From a virus (taxonomy: Duplodnaviria > Caudoviricetes), in the IMG/VR virus record IMGVR_UViG_3300032373_001064, positions 1 to 27,551 of that record: a stretch of DNA of 27,551 bases. The stretch is one strand, 5' to 3'. Within the stretch, counting starts at the first letter, position 1. The number at the start of each line of letters is the position of its first letter. This document shows positions 25,085 through 27,551 of the stretch, in pieces. The position numbers and the translations under genes are program-made. The notes beneath the pieces were generated by a model that did no database searches, was not told where the DNA came from, and worked only from the letters and a program-made list of their open reading frames with translations.

Positions 25085-26571
25085 TGCGTTGGGTGTTTGG
25101 CAACAGATCTAGTAATGGAGCGACGAAGCAATCGGTGGGCTCACCTATGCCCACAACCAAAGGCGGCATGATTCGTCGGATGATCCGGGCCGGGTTTGAC
25201 TCGGCGGCGACCAACGACGGCAATCGTCGCCACTGGATTCATGCCGACGGCATGAGCGCTGACGCGGCTGCATCGCCCGAGGTTCGGCGCATCCTGCGGA
25301 ATCGTGCCCGCTACGAGACCGCCAACAATGCCTACGCCAAGGGTATCGTGCTTACGCTTGCAAATGATGTCGTTGGCACCGGGCCTCGGCTGCAGATGCT
25401 CACCGATGACGAGCTCGGCAACGCCCGGCTCGAACAGACCTTCGCCGCTTGGAGCAAAGAGATCGGGCTGCCCGAGAAGCTCCGCACAATGCGGATGGCC
25501 CGCGCGACCGACGGCGAGATGTTCGTCGTCCTGACCAGCAACCCAAACCTCCGATCCCCGATCAAGCTCGACCTTCGGCTCATCGAAGCCGATCAGGTGA
25601 CCACACCCGACTTGTCAATCCTCGACGATGGCGCGGTCGATGGGATCGTGTTCGATTCGTTTGGCAACCCGGTCGAGTACCACATGCTCAAAGGACATCC
25701 GGGCGATGCACGCACCGGGTTCCTCGGGATCGAATACGACCGTGTGCCTGCTGAGTCGGTGATTCATTACTACCGCGTGGATCGCGCCGGGCAGAGCCGG
25801 GGGATTCCGGATATCACGCCTGCGTTGCCACTATTTGCGCAGCTGCGTCGATTCACACTGGCCGTGCTGGGCGCTGCGGAGACAGCGGCCGATTTTGCGG
25901 GCATCCTCTACACCGACACGCCAGTCAACGGCGAGGCGGAATCCGTCGAACCGATGGACGCGATCGAGCTCGAAGCCCGCTCGCTATTGACCATGCCCGG
26001 CGGCTGGAAGATGTCGCAGCTTCATGCAGAGCAACCAGCGACCACATACGCCGAGTTCAAGCGGGAGATCCTCAGCGAGATCGCCCGGTGTCTCAACATG
26101 CCTGTGAGTATCGCATCGGGTGATTCGTCGCGGCACAACTACGCCTCGGGTCGGCTCGATCATCAGGGGTACTTCAAGAACATCCGCGTCGAGCAGGAGC
26201 ATATTGCGTGCTCGGTGCTCGATCTGATTCTCTCGGCGTGGCTTGATGAAGCCGTGCTGGTTTCGGACTTGATGCCAATCCGGCTGCGGACACAGATCGC
26301 CTCGGGCGTTGGTGTGTCACACCAGTGGTTCTGGGACGGCACCGAGCATGTCGACCCGGCGAAGGAAGCCAACGCGCAGGCGACCCGGTTGTCATCGCAC
26401 ACGACGACACTCGCGAGTGAATACGCCCGCCAAGGCCGAGACTGGGAAACCGAGCTCCGCCAACGCGCCAAGGAGGTGTCGCTCATGCAAGAGCTTGGCT
26501 TGCACGAACAACGCGAGGCCTTGCTCACTCGATCGAACACATCACAGAAGGAACCAGACGATGCCGACTGA
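25084..26571 (+). CDS. Lambda-family phage portal protein
   Basis: LRNRARYETANNAYAKG, VVGTGPRLQ, DGIVFDSFGNPVEY, RAGQSRGIP, GDSSRHNYASGRL, HVDPAKEANA, GRDWETELRQRAKE. Confidence 0.93.
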   Translation: MRWVFGNRSSNGATKQSVGSPMPTTKGGMIRRMIRAGFDSAATNDGNRRHWIHADGMSADAAASPEVRRILRNRARYETANNAYAKGIVLTLANDVVGTGPRLQMLTDDELGNARLEQTFAAWSKEIGLPEKLRTMRMARATDGEMFVVLTSNPNLRSPIKLDLRLIEADQVTTPDLSILDDGAVDGIVFDSFGNPVEYHMLKGHPGDARTGFLGIEYDRVPAESVIHYYRVDRAGQSRGIPDITPALPLFAQLRRFTLAVLGAAETAADFAGILYTDTPVNGEAESVEPMDAIELEARSLLTMPGGWKMSQLHAEQPATTYAEFKREILSEIARCLNMPVSIASGDSSRHNYASGRLDHQGYFKNIRVEQEHIACSVLDLILSAWLDEAVLVSDLMPIRLRTQIASGVGVSHQWFWDGTEHVDPAKEANAQATRLSSHTTTLASEYARQGRDWETELRQRAKEVSLMQELGLHEQREALLTRSNTSQKEPDDAD

Positions 26572-27551
26572 TCGAACTCTCAACCTCAGCGCCCCCGTCG
26601 CGGGCTGGATCGAAGCGAGTGAATCCAACACAGAGAATCCATTGCGTCGATTCTCCATGGTCGCCTACACCGGCGGCCCGATGACACTCACCGGCTGGGC
26701 GCACCCGGTTGTCGTTGATCTCTCAGGAATGGAAATCGCGGGCGGGCAGATCAAGAGCCGACCGATCCTCAAGGATCACAACCGGTCGCTGATCGTCGGG
26801 CACACCGAATCCATCCGCATCGAAGGCAATCAACTGCTCGTCGCGGGCGTGATCTCGGGAGCCGGGGCGGTCGCCCAAGAGATCGTCGAGAGCAGCCGAA
26901 ATGGATTCCCCTGGCAGGCGTCGCTGGGTGCTTCGTCGGGCAAAGCCGAGTTCGTGCCCAAGGGTAAATCTGCACAAGCCAACGGGCGAGAGTTCGCCGG
27001 GCCGGTCTACATCGCTCGCCGGTCAACGCTCGGCGAAGTGAGCTTCGTCGCCCTCGGCGCAGATGACAACACCAGCGCCAGCGTCGCGGCTGCACGCACA
27101 AACCAAACCAATAACACGCACATCGTCAAGGAGGACGACATGACATTCACCCAATGGCTCGAGGCCAAGGGATTCAACCCCGGCACACTCACCGAAACAC
27201 AAACGACCAACCTCGAAGCGATGTTCAACGCATCGAACGCTCAAACCACCGGCACGGAGGCCGATCATGATGCCAATGCGGGCGATCGCACGGATGTCAT
27301 CGCCCGCATCCGCACCGAGACCGCCGCCGAGACGACCCGCATCGCCGAGGTCCGCCGGATTTGCGGCGGTAAGCACGACGAGATCGAAGCGAGCGCCATC
27401 GCCGAGGGCTGGGACACCACCCAGACCGAACTCGAAGTCCTCCGAGCCCAGCGACCAACCCTGACCCGTGGCGGCGTTCGCAAAGATGCGGATCAAGCCC
27501 AGTCTGGGCAAGCCATTGAAGCTGCCATGTGCCTGTCGGCGGGATTATCCG
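26561..27551 (+). CDS. Prohead protease, probably fused to scaffold/major capsid; truncated at the window end and absent from the ORF track
   Basis: Hand translation: MPTDRTLNLSAP..RRFSMVAYTGGPM..PVVVDLSGM..PILKDHNRSLIVGHT..GFPWQASLGA..LGEVSFVALGADDNT (HK97/herpes-type protease His/Ser/Glu motifs), then a helical acidic region; no stop before 27551. Confidence 0.85.
   Translation, partial: MPTDRTLNLSAPVAGWIEASESNTENPLRRFSMVAYTGGPMTLTGWAHPVVVDLSGMEIAGGQIKSRPILKDHNRSLIVGHTESIRIEGNQLLVAGVISGAGAVAQEIVESSRNGFPWQASLGASSGKAEFVPKGKSAQANGREFAGPVYIARRSTLGEVSFVALGADDNTSASVAAARTNQTNNTHIVKEDDMTFTQWLEAKGFNPGTLTETQTTNLEAMFNASNAQTTGTEADHDANAGDRTDVIARIRTETAAETTRIAEVRRICGGKHDEIEASAIAEGWDTTQTELEVLRAQRPTLTRGGVRKDADQAQSGQAIEAAMCLSAGLS

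Larger units (their letters stand above)
5245..27551 (+). mobile_element. Prophage-like element with a serine integrase and lambda-type head genes; continues beyond the window, left boundary approximate (may extend to about 1.9-2.1 kb)
   Basis: Ordered modules: recombinase, regulation, recombination/replication, MTase, terminase, portal, protease/capsid, with many ATGA/GTGA overlaps. No att site identified. Confidence 0.9.

Overview
Bacterial sequence that looks like a Phycisphaerales/Planctomycetota genome (inferred from dockerin-anchored secreted proteins and the prophage gene set). It starts with a host alpha/beta-hydrolase gene, tRNA-Asn(GTT) and its terminator, then two AT-richer genes for secreted dockerin-anchored proteins. 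From about 5.25 kb to the window end is the left part of a lambda-head-type prophage-like element: a DUF2924/large serine recombinase module, an uncharacterised gene pair ending in a wHTH protein, an ECF-like sigma factor, a replication operon (Sak4, DUF669, RusA, SF2 helicase, PrimPol-AAA_25), a palindrome-array/cos-like region, a ParB-MTase fusion, GpA terminase, an inverted AbiE toxin-antitoxin cassette, gpW-like protein, portal and a truncated protease/capsid gene. The main observation is an exact bipartite motif, CGCCAC-N14-GCGTAGATG, found three times, ahead of the recombination, replication and head operons. It is probably the promoter of the element's own sigma factor. No CI/Cro switch is visible, and a perfect 22-bp palindrome lies between the wHTH gene and the sigma gene. 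Together these suggest an activator/sigma-driven induction cascade. All protein family calls come from reading motifs by eye; no database search was run.
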